Positions 1-12,559 of a DNA stretch of 64,000 bases are shown here, in pieces. The stretch lies in contig MU619245.1 in NCBI GenBank assembly GCA_025201805.1, positions 6,697 to 70,696 on the forward strand. The letters run 5' to 3'. This stretch comes from Parasitella parasitica NRRL 2501 (Eukaryota; Fungi; Mucoromycota). Position numbers and translations under genes: made by a program. Numbering within the stretch: the stretch's first letter is position 1; every line of letters begins with the position of its first letter. The notes under the pieces were generated by a model. The model saw nothing but the letters and a program-made list of their open reading frames with translations. It did no database searches and had not been told where the DNA came from.

Positions 1-1471
1 TCTTACAAGTGTGCAAATATTATTTTTAAAAGTGTGCAAAAAATAAAATAAAAAGCGTGCAGAAAGTAAAATAAAATATGAGCAATTTTTTCCTCAGCTT
101 GTGCGAATAATTTCTGAAAATAGTGTAGTAACCGTTAAATTAATGCAGATTTAAGCTCTCTTCATAATGCTAATGTTTTAATTAGTGAGAAAATAGGCTT
201 GTTTCTCGTAAATTTTGCGAAAGGGGCGAATTTATTGTAAATTTCTCAATTTCTTCAAGGATTTTGATACAAAGTAATTTAAAATGCTTCAGAGATGTCT
301 AATGACGAGTATATCTCGAACATGTAAATTTTTTTAATGGCAAGAACTTGGGGATCTCCTCATTAAAATTTTTTTATTCCTCGTTGAATTATGTTTTTTT
401 TTTGCTGTATTCTTGTTTTTTGGTTTTTTATTTTTCTCATAAAATTCTCCAGACCCATCAACAAGTTCATAAATAACCGAGATCGAGCTAGAAAAACATG
501 GCGTTATTTACTCAGTGCTATCTCATACAAACATGTTTGTATAAGTAAAGAAATGCATAGATACCAAGTTATCAGCAGAAAACAACAATAACTTGTAAGA
601 ACTACATATAAGCATTTGTAGCTTTTGATACAAACCAAAATAAGGCCTGCAGTAAGCTTGATTAACACAGACATGTTCAAGGCTCTCTGATAAGTGCTCA
701 ATTTTTAACTAGACATCATGAGTATCAAAAGTTATGTCCAAAAATAGTTTTCATTTTCATAATTAACAAATATTTAGTCATAACTTCTATTGAATAAACT
801 GTAGAATCAAGATCAAACTCGGCTGACTCAGCTATCTAATAAAAACATTTGTACTGATGAAAAATACATACGTAAAAAGCTTTTGATAGAAAACAGATAC
901 TTTTATACTAAAGTCGCTTGTAGTAAACACATATATTTACGACGGCCCCCTTTTTTTTTAAGTGTAAGATCTTATATTAATGCTTTAGTCAAAAAAGGCG
1001 CATTCTATAATTTTTTACGGGCGGTAGTTGTGAATGCGAACAACAGAGAAAGTACTTATATGAAGAGATTATTAATTTACAAAAAAATAATATCGTGAGC
1101 CTGTTTTGCGGATATCTACTCCATTATAAGGATAGAAAACAAGATTTTTATCAGCTGAAGTATAGTAGTAGTAGTAGTATTAGATCATGAAATACCTAGA
1201 ATAGAAATATTTAAGAAATCAAATTATTATGTACAATCATAAGTATCAATGGGGAACCTTAATACCATAATGCATTTTAGGATAAGCAATATGGCTTCCA
1301 AGCAATAGAACCTGTCAGGAAAGTAAAACAAGACGTGTGTATGTTTCATATTGTAGGCATCTCCACACTATGACATATTGATTCATTTTGGTGAGGAGCC
1401 TTAAAAACCGAAGTATCACATTCAACATTCCCAGTTTTTACATGTTTTTCTTTTCTTCTTGATTCCACCAA

Positions 1472-4400
1472 ATGTCTACACAATTAGGAATTTCAGCTCA
1501 ATTCTTACATAGAAGTGTTCGTCGCTACGCATCCAAAGGTAAACGTTTTTTTTATAGTACCTGTTAAAAAGCAAATATTAAATTTTTGAATGAAACTAGC
1601 CATATTGACCCCCGGTCAAAAGCTACAAGGTTACCAAGTTCAACAAGTAAGTTTTGATAAGAAAGCTCTGTTTGGCATATATCTACTTGTGCATGTATTA
1701 ACATAAAAATATAGGTGCGTAAAGTGCCCGAGCTTGAACTTACAGCCATTACATTGAAGCATGAAGCAACTGGAGCCCAACACTTACATATTGATAGAGA
1801 TGATTCCAATAATGTATTTGCAGTTGGGTTCCATACACCTGTGAGCAATGATACCGGTGTTCCTCATATTTTGGTAAGTTTATATGAGTTCCTTGTTACA
1901 TAGACAACTGACGGATTTCCAGGAACATACCTCGTTATGTGGAAGTCAAAAGTATCCAGTCAGAGATCCCTTCTTCAAAATGTTAAACCGTAGTTTGGCT
2001 ACATTTATGAATGCATTTACTGGTAGGCAATTCTGAACAATCAATATAATTACATGTTTACTCATAGTGACATAATAGCTAGCGATTACACAATTTATCC
2101 ATTTGCCACAACGAACCCGGCTGATTACGACAATTTAAGAGATGTGTATATGGACGCTGTTTTACACCCCAAACTGGATAGACTTGATTTTAAGCAAGAA
2201 GGATGGCGTTTAGAACATCAGATACCTACTGGTATGTTGAGAGAGATTGCAATATTGTTTAGTATGGTCTATTTAATATAGTTTTGTTTATATAGATTCA
2301 ACTACGCCTATCCAATTTAAAGGCGTTGTATACAACGAAATGAAGGGCCAAGCAGTAAGTTGTGAAATAAAGCATGCGAGCATGTTCTAATCGTTCTCTA
2401 GTCTGATGCCAACTATTTATACTATGTTCGCATGCAACAAGCCATGTTTCCGGGAACGACATATGAATATTGCAGTGGAGGAGACCCCAAATATATCACA
2501 GATTTGACACATCAACAATTACTAGACTTTCATAAAAACCATTATCACCCTAGCAATGCTAGATTTTACACCTATGGCAACTTTCCGTTAGAGGATCATT
2601 TAGCAGCAATTGGAGATCGTCTTCAAGGATACGAGAAATCTGAAGTACCTTTTGTAAACAAAGTAGCTACACCTTGGACTGATCCCAGAAGTGTTGAAAC
2701 TACATGTGCATTAGATCCCAGTAAGTAATGTATGGACTATAGTCGGTCAATGATTAATGAATGTATCTAGTGAGTCCTATCGATAGACAAACAAAGCTTT
2801 CGCTCTCATATCTTACAAATGAATCTAGTGTATGTGTACTGTTGAATCTGTGTTGATCATAATTAATCACACATCGAATAGGACGCCTTTGAGACATTTT
2901 CTATGCGCTTATTATCATACCTGCTATTGGATGGACATGCATCACCCATGTACAAGGCTTTAATTGATACCAATCTCGGCTCAGAATTTTCATCTAATAC
3001 TGGCTATGATAACAGTACAAAGTAAGCAATCGATTTCGACATGCTAAATGCTAGACAGGTATATTGATACACATCTATCAGAACAAGCTGTATGTCTATA
3101 GGTTTGCAAGGTGTCAAGGATTCAGACGTGGAGACGGTAAAATCAACAATTACATCTGTTCTTCAACAAGTAAAGCAAGAAGGATTTGATCCCAAGCGAA
3201 TTGAGGCAGCCATTCATCAGATGGAGCTCAGCCAGAAGCATGTAAGCTGAATCAATCAATGCCCTTGTATATGTCTAAAAAAAGGTCGTTTTATTAGAAA
3301 ACTGCTGACTTCGGCCTTTCCATTATGCATGGTGTCACCTCCGGATGGTTCAATGGCATAGACCCTGTCGATCTCTTAGAAGTGAACAAGGTAATTGTCA
3401 GTGTGCTTGACGGAAAAGCTATAGTTTTTCACTCGTCACATAGAATATCGACCGCCTTAAATCAGAATTAGCTAATGGCGACTTCTTCCAAAACCTCATC
3501 GATAAATACTTTTTGAAAAACAAACACACCCTGTCATTTGTCATGCGCCCTGAAGAGAATTACAGTGCCAACTTGATAGCGGAAGAAAAGCAGAGATTAG
3601 CTAAAAAGGTGGAGACATTGACAGAAGATAACAGGAAACAAATTGCTCAGGACGGCAAAGATTTGCTAGCATCTCAAGATAGTACAGAAGATTTATCTTG
3701 TCTCCCTTCTTTGCAATTATGCGACATTGCAGCCAAGGGCAAGCACAGCGTACTAGAGCACACCGGTCTTTGCAATACGCCAGTGCAATGGAGAACTACA
3801 TCTACGAACGGAATTACATATTTTAGAGCCATCAGCACTCTACCTGCCCTTTCTGACGAGTTGAAACTGTATCTACCGTTGTTCTGTGATTCCTTGCTGT
3901 CATTGGGCACTCGCCAACAATCCATGGCCGAAATCGATGATGAAATCAGACTTTATACAGGCGGCCTTCGGGCATCTACCACGCTAACTACAAACCATTC
4001 TGACATCGATCACATTGAAGAAGGCATTGTACTGGTGGGCAACTGTTTGGATCGCAATATCGATAAGATGTACAGTATTTTGGCCAAGTTGATCCACGAA
4101 ACCAACTTTGATGATGTTGAAAAGCTCAAGACACTGATCAATGGTAACGCCTCGTCCATGGTAAATTCAGTTGCAGATTCTGGCCATATTTTTGCTCGAA
4201 CATTTGCTGCATCCAGTCTAACGCCTGGTATGCATAATGCCGAAATTATGGGTGGTATGACCCAAGTCAATTTCATGAGTCGCCTTGCTGCAAAAGAGGA
4301 TATCCTAGATGTTATCGATAAGCTAAAGCAGATTGCATCTGTAGTCTTGACTCAACCATCACTGCGTATCGCTATTACATCAGGTGAAGATGCAGTCGAG

Positions 4401-5197
4401 AGTAACACGAAAGCCTTGGTCAAGTTTATTGAAGGGTTGCCTGCTGAGGGCAGAACTATCGCCAATAGTGTTGATTCCGTAAGTTCACAAATCATGTGTT
4501 ATTCATGATACTAATACGCACACTGTTAGAACATCTTTAAACCTCACTACGAGAAGACATTCTTCCCCTTGCCATTCCAAGTCAACTTCTCTGCCAAGGT
4601 ACTGCGTGGCGTTCCTTACACACATGTCGATGGAGCTAGTTTACAAGTGCTATCATCTTTAATGACTAATCACTATCTTCATCGTGAGATTAGAGAAAAG
4701 AATGGCGCTTATGGAGGAGGAGCTCGCTACGCTGGCTTAAATGGCATATTCTCCTTTTATTCCTACAGAGATCCTCGCACACTTGAAACATTAGATACGT
4801 ACAACCAGTCAATTGATTGGGTGCAACAGCGTAAATTCTCAGATCAAGAAATCACAGAGTCTAAATTATCCATTTTCCAAGGCGTTGATTCACCCCAAAG
4901 CGTATCGGAAGAAGGGATGCTTCAGTTTGTTAACGGCGTGTCCGATGAAATGAGGCAAATGTAAGTGACTATTGGAAACACAAAATACCACATCATTAAT
5001 GGTCAAATTGTAGGCGCCGTGAAGCACTTTTGAAGGTGACTCAGGATGACATTAAACGAGTTGCACATGACTACTTGGATGAGCCCTTTAAACAAAATGA
5101 ATACTCAGTTGCATTACTAGGTGAATCTACTGATAAAATTGCAGTAGAGCATGGTTGGACCATCAATCAGTGGGGAGAGGCAGTTGGAAATCCTTAG
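1472..5197 (+). CDS. CYM1: Mitochondrial presequence protease (pitrilysin/M16C metallopeptidase), multi-exon
   Basis: Presequence-like N-terminus [22 protein letters not shown]. The inverted Zn motif HILEH is split by an intron (TGVPHIL|[18 protein letters not shown]). Also [25 protein letters not shown] and FYSYRDP. Stop TAG at 5195-5197. Confidence 0.95.
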
Positions 5198-5289
5198 ATT
5201 TATGTGTATATATTTAGACAAATCACCAATAAAGTAATGAAATAGATAAGATAAAAAGAATAATCGATGACAAATGGCATTTCGTTTTT

Positions 5290-5365
5290 GCGGAGAGCCC
5301 GGAAACAAGTATAATACAGAACCAATCGTCTAGGCTGACCCCCACACTGTATATTTCACGTGGGG
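5290..5365. promoter_or_regulatory. Putative CreA/Mig1-type SYGGRG sites and an E-box upstream of ICL1
   Basis: GCGGAG at about 5290. Inverted pair CCCCAC (5340-5345) and GTGGGG (5360-5365), overlapping CACGTG (5357-5362). TATAAAA at about 5491. ICL is a classic glucose-repressed gene. Confidence 0.4.
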
Positions 5366-5564
5366 AAAAAGCAAAATAGCTGCTCAACATGTGTGCAACC
5401 AAGATTTCACATGCACTTATTGAGATATTATGCCATGTCGTATTATTCTGTCGATTCTGTTCTCCGAGTTTCTCCAGTCTGATGAAAAGCTATAAAAGGC
5501 TACCATTTAATGAATCAAATCTCCTTTTTCTTCTTTCCATTCTAACATTATTACTGTATAAAAA

Positions 5565-7299
5565 ATGACCATTGACCACGAACAACAAGCTTTCCTCGAT
5601 GAGGTTGAAAAGGTCAAGCAATGGTGGGCATCTCCACGTTTCGAAAACATCAAGCGTCCCTACACTGCTGAAGCCATTGTTGCTAAGCGTGGCAATTTCC
5701 CTGTTCAATACCGCTCTGATGTGCAAGCCAAGAAGGTTTGGAAGCTTTTACAAAACCACAAGGCCAATGGCACTGCCTCTCACACTTTTGGTGCTCTTGA
5801 TCCCGTTCAAGTCACCCAAATGGCTCCTCATCTTGAGACCGTCTATGTTTCTGGATGGCAATGTTCTTCCACTGCCTCCAGCTCCAACGAGCCTGGACCT
5901 GATCTTGCTGACTACCCTATGGATACTGTTCCCAACAAGGTCGAACATCTCTTCTTCGCTCAGCTCTTCCATGATCGCAAGCAACGTGAAGCTCGTCTCG
6001 CCATGACTCCCGAGGAACGTGCCAAGACCCCCGCCATCGATTACTTGAGACCTATTATTGCTGATGGTGATACTGGCCATGGTGGTATTACTGCCGTCAT
6101 GAAGTTGGCCAAGATGTTTGTCGAGCGTGGTGCCGCTGGTATGCATGGTAAGTATCTGAGTTCCCCAGTAAGACTCTCCGAAAGTCTTAAAATACTTAAA
6201 TGTTTTGTCATATTCTAGTCGAAGACCAAGCTCCAGGCACAAAGAAGTGTGGCCACATGGCTGGTAAGGTGTTGGTCCCCATTGGAGAACACATCAACCG
6301 TTTGGTTGCTATTCGTGTTCAATATGATATCATGGGTGTCGAAAACTTGATCGTTGCTCGCTCTGATGCTGAAGCTGCCACTCTCTTGAGCTCTAACATT
6401 GATCCTCGCGATCATGAATTTGTTGTTGGTACCACTAACCCTGATGCCGGCGCCTTGGCTGAACTCATGAATGAGGCTGAACAAGCCGGTAAGAATGGTG
6501 CTGCTCTTCAGGCTGTCGAGGATGAATGGATCGCCAAGGCTGGTCTTAAGCGCTATGGTACTGCCGTTGCTGATGAACTCGTCAAGCAAGGCAAGGCTGA
6601 CGCTGCCAATGAGTTCCTCACCAAGATTCACTACAAGTCTAACAAGCAAGCCCGTGCTATTGCAAAGGAATATGGTATTGAGATCTTCTGGGATTGGGAT
6701 TTGCCTCGTGTTCGTGAAGGTTACTATCGTTATGAAGGTGGCACTGAAGCTGCCACTTCTCGTGCTATTGCCTTTGCTCCTTATGCTGATATGCTGTGGA
6801 TGGAGACCAAGAAGCCTGTTCTCTCTCAAGCCAAGAAATTCTCTGAAGGTGTCCTCTCTGTCTACCCCAAGGTCCTCTTGTGCTATAACCTGTCTCCTTC
6901 TTTCAATTGGTAAGTTGCTTGAATTTTTTTTTTTCTTGAATTTATTTATTCAATCTATTCTAATCTAGGGATGCTGCTGGTTTGAAAGACAATGACATGA
7001 AGACGTACATTGGCGATTTGGGTAAACTCGGTTTTGCCTGGCAATTCATTACTTTGGGTGGTCTCCATGCCAATGCTTTGGCTTCTTCTACCTTTGCCAA
7101 GGCCTATAAGGAGGAGGGTATGCTCGGCTATGTCAGCCAAGTTCAACGTAAGGAACGTGAACATGGTGTTGATGTTCTTCAACATCAAAAGTGGTCTGGT
7201 GCCAACTATGTTGATGAGCTTATCAAGGTTGTTACTGGCGGTGTTGCCGCCACTGCTGCCATGGGCAAGGGTGTTACTGAAGACCAATTCAAGGCTTAA
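5565..7299 (+). CDS. ICL1: Isocitrate lyase (glyoxylate cycle), 3 exons
   Basis: [28 protein letters not shown], catalytic [30 protein letters not shown]. Strong codon bias. Confidence 0.97.
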
Positions 7300-8689
7300 A
7301 AAACATTCTCTTCTCCCCTCTCTTTCTACAAAAATTGTATTATAATAAACAAAATGTATATCAATTAAGATAACTCATGAGTATGGCATCTGCGCCATTT
7401 AAACACTTATTCTTTCTGGAGTTCTCTTGTATAAAATGCGGGCTGATTTCCCCACATAATGGAAGCAAACGGATAAAGGTTTCGGAAGGGCAACATGCCT
7501 ACCTAATTTAGAAGGGGCCGTTTATTGGATCTCTTGTACTTCCAATTATTCGTGTGAAAACAGACCAATTGATTGACCTCATTTAAACCATATCATGTTA
7601 CACTTGAACTTAATAACTTGCTTTGATTTCTTGAAAGTAAAGCATGCTCGTTTATGATGTAACTAGATAACGATGCCCATTTATAGTAAACAAAAAGAGT
7701 TGATGTATAAATGCATTCGCAATGTTTCATGCTAGAACAAACAGGTAGAGCCCTGAAGCAAATAGTAAATTGTGTGTATGTATTTGGTATGACTCATTAT
7801 CAATATAATCAATAACATCGATAGTGTATAAGGTTTTTTGGGGCTATCCTGGCTATTATACGCTACAATTTTCTGTGTTTTTGGGGTCTCTTGATTGAAT
7901 TACAAGAGAGAACTGGTATTATGAACTAAAGGCTATATAATCATTCAACTCACATATTGTTCCTTTTTAGATACGAAAACTCTTAAATGCCATTTAATTA
8001 CTAAAAAGAGAAGTTACTTATGTACCTGGAGCCGAATTCATTCGCGAAGAAATTCATGCAAACACGCGAGATACATGCAGGAATAGCGCAGTATATTGTT
8101 AGAGCAGCTTGCTGGTGTATTTGCAAAAGTAGTGGTACTTGCTCATGGCAAGGCATGCCCACTTTTGTTAGATCTACCAAAGACAGTAATCTCCTCCATT
8201 CGTGATAAATCTTCCGCTATTATTCGAATATACCTAGAATATATTATCAGATTATTTTTAAGTTTAATCAAAACATGATCTTTCGGCGATAATACAATAG
8301 GCCTTATGTGTTTCCGTGATACGCAAGCCTTTACCCGTATTGCAGAAAACAGAAGTTCCCTGTACAAACAGGTATTTCTTTAACTTTGAGACCGCATTTT
8401 GCCTTTTGTTATCCAAGAATATAGGAATATAGTCAGAATTATAGATATAGCTCATCGTTACGGTAACAAACTAGTAAACCAAAAGTCATTTTTAGACATT
8501 GTGACGCAAACACTTAATACAAACTTATACTGTCAAGAGACATGTGCTAAAAATCTTTAAAGATTAAAGCTCACTACTCTATGTAATCATACATTTTTAG
8601 TTCGAAGAGTTGGGCATCATCGGTTGTAGGTATAGGCTTACCTATAAAGAACTTCACATATGCATTCACAAAATTGTTCCGTATTTTCT

Positions 8690-9300
8690 AGGCAATTCTC
8701 CTGATTTTCAAAAATAGAAGGACGTTCATGACCATTCTAAATAGCCACGAATATTTTTGCCATGTTCTTACTGGCATTCACGCCTCGGGTCCACTGGGTT
8801 GAATAGATGAGTACCATTGGAAGTGAGGGAAGAGTTTTCAACGCTGCTGAATCAAGTCAAAAAACTTGCACTAAATAATGTTGTCTATTGTGTGAAATAG
8901 AAAATAAAATAGAAGACCACTCGATAAAGAGCAATATATATGTCCCTCAAGTTTAAGAAAGGATCAGCTATGATTTTAAAGATTACTGCTGGGTTTATTA
9001 TAGTAAATGGCACGGACCATATCAAAATCCTTGATGCATAACATGAATTAAGTGTCTGTAAACTCTTTAAAAGCCTTACGAGGTAGTTTTTAGTCTTTAG
9101 CTCTTTGAATATAATTTTATTTGATTGGAGAAGTTCCCAAAAATATTAAGTATCTCTTTTTTTCTATTGATTAATAAGATATGCATATTGTGATTTATCA
9201 AATGTTGAAGCTTTTATCAAATCAAAAAACAACAAAAGTATGAGAAACAGTATGAAGTAATGGCCACAGAATCTGATATCTCGAACAGATAGCCTATGAA
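8690..9300 (-). pseudogene. Fanzor (eukaryotic TnpB-like) C-terminal remnant, copy A
   Basis: Minus strand 8793-8705 reads WTRGVNASKNMAKIFVAI*NGHERPSIF, a decayed version of WNRDxNAxxNM...W.G..RPxxF (RuvC-III end). The upstream part is heavily degenerate and runs into an assembly gap. Confidence 0.6.
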
Positions 9301-9360
9301 AAAAAAAGAGGTAAGCTATTAAAGAGTGAAGCAGAAAAACTTAGAAGGCAAGATAAGAAA

Positions 9361-9370
9361 NNNNNNNNNN

Positions 9371-9457
<87 letters not shown>
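9361..9457. repeat. Assembly gap (10 N) followed by an 87-nt poly(A) run
   Basis: N at 9361-9370 and A at 9371-9457, read directly. Confidence 0.95.
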
Positions 9458-9459
<2 letters not shown>

Positions 9460-9549
9460 AACCTGTAATCCAGGAAGCTGTATGTTAATTGTATGGTGTA
9501 TGGTGTGAGTGGGCACTCTTCGGCCAGAAGCAAGCAGTGCATCAACTGC

Positions 9550-11550
9550 AATTTACTTTGCCTGAGTTGATTGAGAAGTCATTAGTCAAACCTTCTGAAT
9601 ATTTTAGAATGTTGTAGCTGGCAAACAGTTGAGCGATCAAGACAACCTCCCGCAAGAAAACAGACGAAATTGGGACGTTTTCAAGAGCGTTATCAAACAT
9701 ATGTTCGTCTGGTGCTCGTTTGAATGATTTAAGAGGCAATGAAAATGTGTATCTTTCGCACAGAGGACTAACGTTTTGTTCCAACAAAATTTCTAGTATT
9801 TTGTATGCGAGCTCGTCAATGGAAACATAACTAAGAATGGCTTTGCATAAAATGGCTTTGCATAAAAGTGCTTTCGTCCAATTCCTCACCTAAAGAAACG
9901 TGGAATGAGCTAAATAATACTGAAGGTATTAGTATGATAATAGAACTTGAAGGCTTGTGAAATTATGGTCAAGCTTTGTCCATTGCGTCCGAAACTATTG
10001 CAACATGTCACAACAACTACTATGTAGATTATTATCTCTAAGCATTTCATGTGCATGCTCCGTACTGCCTTTTATGTAAGTTAGAATTGAATGTATGTCT
10101 ATCTTTTGCTACCAAGACCAATATTATCCATGAATAGGAACTGAAAATGCCTGTAATCAAGTATATTATATATAACCATGTGTTGGAAATTTTGTTTTCT
10201 TCTGGGCCAGAAACTATAACGGCTGAAAATATCGCAAGTTCTTTAGATCAACAGACTCAAAAAAGAGTTGGAACTTTTTGAACACCCCGAATTTAGAGAT
10301 CAGAAACAGATTGCCTTCACTTCCCATAGCAAAAGAAACGTTAAACAGAACCCCGTTTAGCGTTATACCAGCTTTCAGGTAGATTCTTCAAAAGTACAAA
10401 TCAATAATTGCTGAAAATCAACAATCAACATCTGGACTACAAACATCAGTAGCTCTGTAGGAACAACCTATACAAGAACTAGGCCTAGAGAGAAAAAGAA
10501 ATCAAAAAAGAGCATGCTTCAAGTCAAGATAGAAGCAACGACACACAGTTCCAGCCACCTAGACTATTTAGCTTGTTTCGTAACACTAGTCTAGAATGGC
10601 GTTTTATAAAGATAGATAAGTCAAAATATGGCTGGTGTATTTGGAAGAGGCATTTCACATAGACAGTCTAAAGAAGCGCTTTTTGGATTATACACAAAGA
10701 TATTTTTCTGAATATTTCTCCAAGATAGTTCATTATTACAAATACAATCTAGATGGAAATCCCGCAGAGTATTATCGCAATTTCCTCATGATATACAAGC
10801 CATGGAGAAACGAGCAGCGTGAATTGTTATATACATTATATACATTACAGCATTTTTAAACACTGTTAAATTTTCATGGCTTCTAAACTGCAAGAGTAAG
10901 ATGGTGTAATTATATCGACTCACAGCGAGCAATTGAGAATGCTACCAACATCTTAATCAACGGCTCAAAAAAAAATAAAAAAAAATAGAAATAGAAGGAA
11001 GAATACAAAAAATAAGCAGAAGAGACGAGAGGCATCAGGTAGATATCAAAGCAGCCAATTTGATACCCGTGATTCTAAAATAGGAAAGAAGAGATTAAGG
11101 TACACAGCTCTTATTCTTTTCATTCTACTAATCTTTGAAAAGATGGCACAAGAATTTTGAAGAAGGTGACCTCAAGAAAAAGCTTATGACTGTATTCGGC
11201 AATGGCCTGAAAAACAAATCTCGTGTGAAGTTTAAAGATCTAAGACATGGTGTGGCCGATAAAATATACCAGCAGCTAAGGGTACGTGTAAAGCGTGGAA
11301 ATTTTTTGCTTCTTGATATAGGCGAATATAAAACTTCAAAGGTAAAAGATACATACGTCAATATAATACAAGTACTGATACAATATTTCACTTTTATATT
11401 GTATAGACCTGTAATTCGAAAATAAGCTATGAAAAATCAAATGTGTAAACGGTGCTGATGGCCGCAAAAATATGTATACCACTGCTGAATCTATCTGGAA
11501 CGGGCATGGTGTTTAAAAAACATTGCGCCACCTCCAATGTGGTTGCCTAA
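9550..11550 (+). pseudogene. Fanzor1-type pseudogene, copy B (frameshifted, internally deleted)
   Basis: Motifs in order: QQNF*YFVCELVNG; NYGQALSIASETIATCHNNYYV; PRLFSLFRNTSLEWRFIKID; TARVRWCNYIDSQRAIENATNILINGSKK; VFGNGLKNKSRVKFKDLRHGVADKIYQQLRVRVKRGNFLLLDIGEYKTSK (RuvC-II); MAAKNMYTTAESIWNGHG (RuvC-III region). No RuvC-I GxDxG segment was found. Confidence 0.8.
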
Positions 11551-12105
11551 GCTTTAACTAGCGAAAACTTAAAGGTTTTGATATTAGTTTTTTCTGGACA
11601 AATCAAATCTTATCTATTTCGACAAAGCAGACGAACAAGATTGTTATTCAAACTGATTTCATGGCTATACTACATGATATCAGTGAAATTGACATTAGAA
11701 GATACATTAGAATAGGATAATTATCCTTACATTAGTAGGTAATGGTACAGATAGCGAATCCAACCATGTAATTCATTTTTATTTCATGATAATATGTAAT
11801 TTAAAAGCTGTAATTTGAATATTTGTATTTGATACTGAGAGTCATCTGCGATAAAAGATACCGCTAAAGTTATTAGTTGATATAACTACTAGCTAAAATA
11901 AAACATTTTTTCATAAGTAATGCCGTGGAAAGAGAAGCGTATCATAAGTAAATAACGATATATTTGATAAAGGCATTTATGATGAGTAATTAGGAGAGGC
12001 AGATATATTTATATACTAGTTACACCGCTGTATATACCGAATCAATATAAATAAAGCTTACTATCGCTCATGAAATGCTCGTTATTTTACTAACAACATC
12101 TAACC

Positions 12106-12366
12106 ATGATCTCTCAGGAAGTAGCTATTTGCACACCCAAAGGCTTCAAAGTACGTCCGGTTACAAAATATATCAAGACCTGCAGAAGTATGAAGTCTGA
12201 AATCATCTTGTCTTGCAAAGGAAAATCTTGTGATTCCAAGTCGCCTTCTGGTTTAATGAGTTTAGCCTTGGAAAATGGCGATATTGTTACTCTTTCCGTC
12301 AATGGCACTGATGCTGAAAAGAACTTCCCCATTTTGCTCGATCTCTTACAAAAAGTAGGACAATAG
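12106..12366 (+). CDS. ptsH: HPr-family (PTS phosphocarrier-like) protein with His15->Lys and Ser46 retained; bacterial-like, intronless
   Basis: The 86-aa ORF is colinear without gaps with E. coli HPr as recalled (about 30/85 identical, counted by hand): PKGFKVRP vs PNGLHTRP, SEI, GKSCDSKS, LMSLALENGDIVTLSVNGTD. TATA-like element at about 12045 and AATAAA at about 12467; no Shine-Dalgarno. Confidence 0.85.
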   Translation: MISQEVAICTPKGFKVRPVTKYIKTCRSMKSEIILSCKGKSCDSKSPSGLMSLALENGDIVTLSVNGTDAEKNFPILLDLLQKVGQ

Positions 12367-12559
12367 TTCATTAGTTGATAATCCTAGCTGAATGAATATA
12401 TTCTATATGCTTCACATTGTATGTAAATCTGGTTGCAAACATCCTTCTTTTGCTTATTCGACTCCAATAAATTTTTTATATTAACATAATGATATGTGTT
12501 CTTACGCCGTTTTATTACACATCTAACGAATAACATCTATTAAATTTTTGAGCCTCAAT

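Noticed and set aside
5572-7345. Long overlapping and antisense ORFs across ICL1 (and similar ones over other genes)
   Set aside because: Explained by codon bias of highly expressed genes.
7400-8690. Short ORFs at 8020-8455
   Set aside because: No recognisable family; probably decayed TE or pseudogene sequence that cannot be assigned by eye.
9294-9551. Poly-Phe/poly-Lys ORFs
   Set aside because: Artefacts of the poly(A) run and N gap.
9542-9889. 115-aa minus-strand ORF with a 15-bp tandem duplication
   Set aside because: Antisense shadow; the plus strand carries Fanzor N-terminal motifs (QQNF*YFVCELVNG).
11445-11485. GADGRKNMYTT read as a RuvC-I GxDxG motif
   Set aside because: Position and the alternative frame (MAAKNMYTTAESIWNG) show it is the RuvC-III/C-terminal region.
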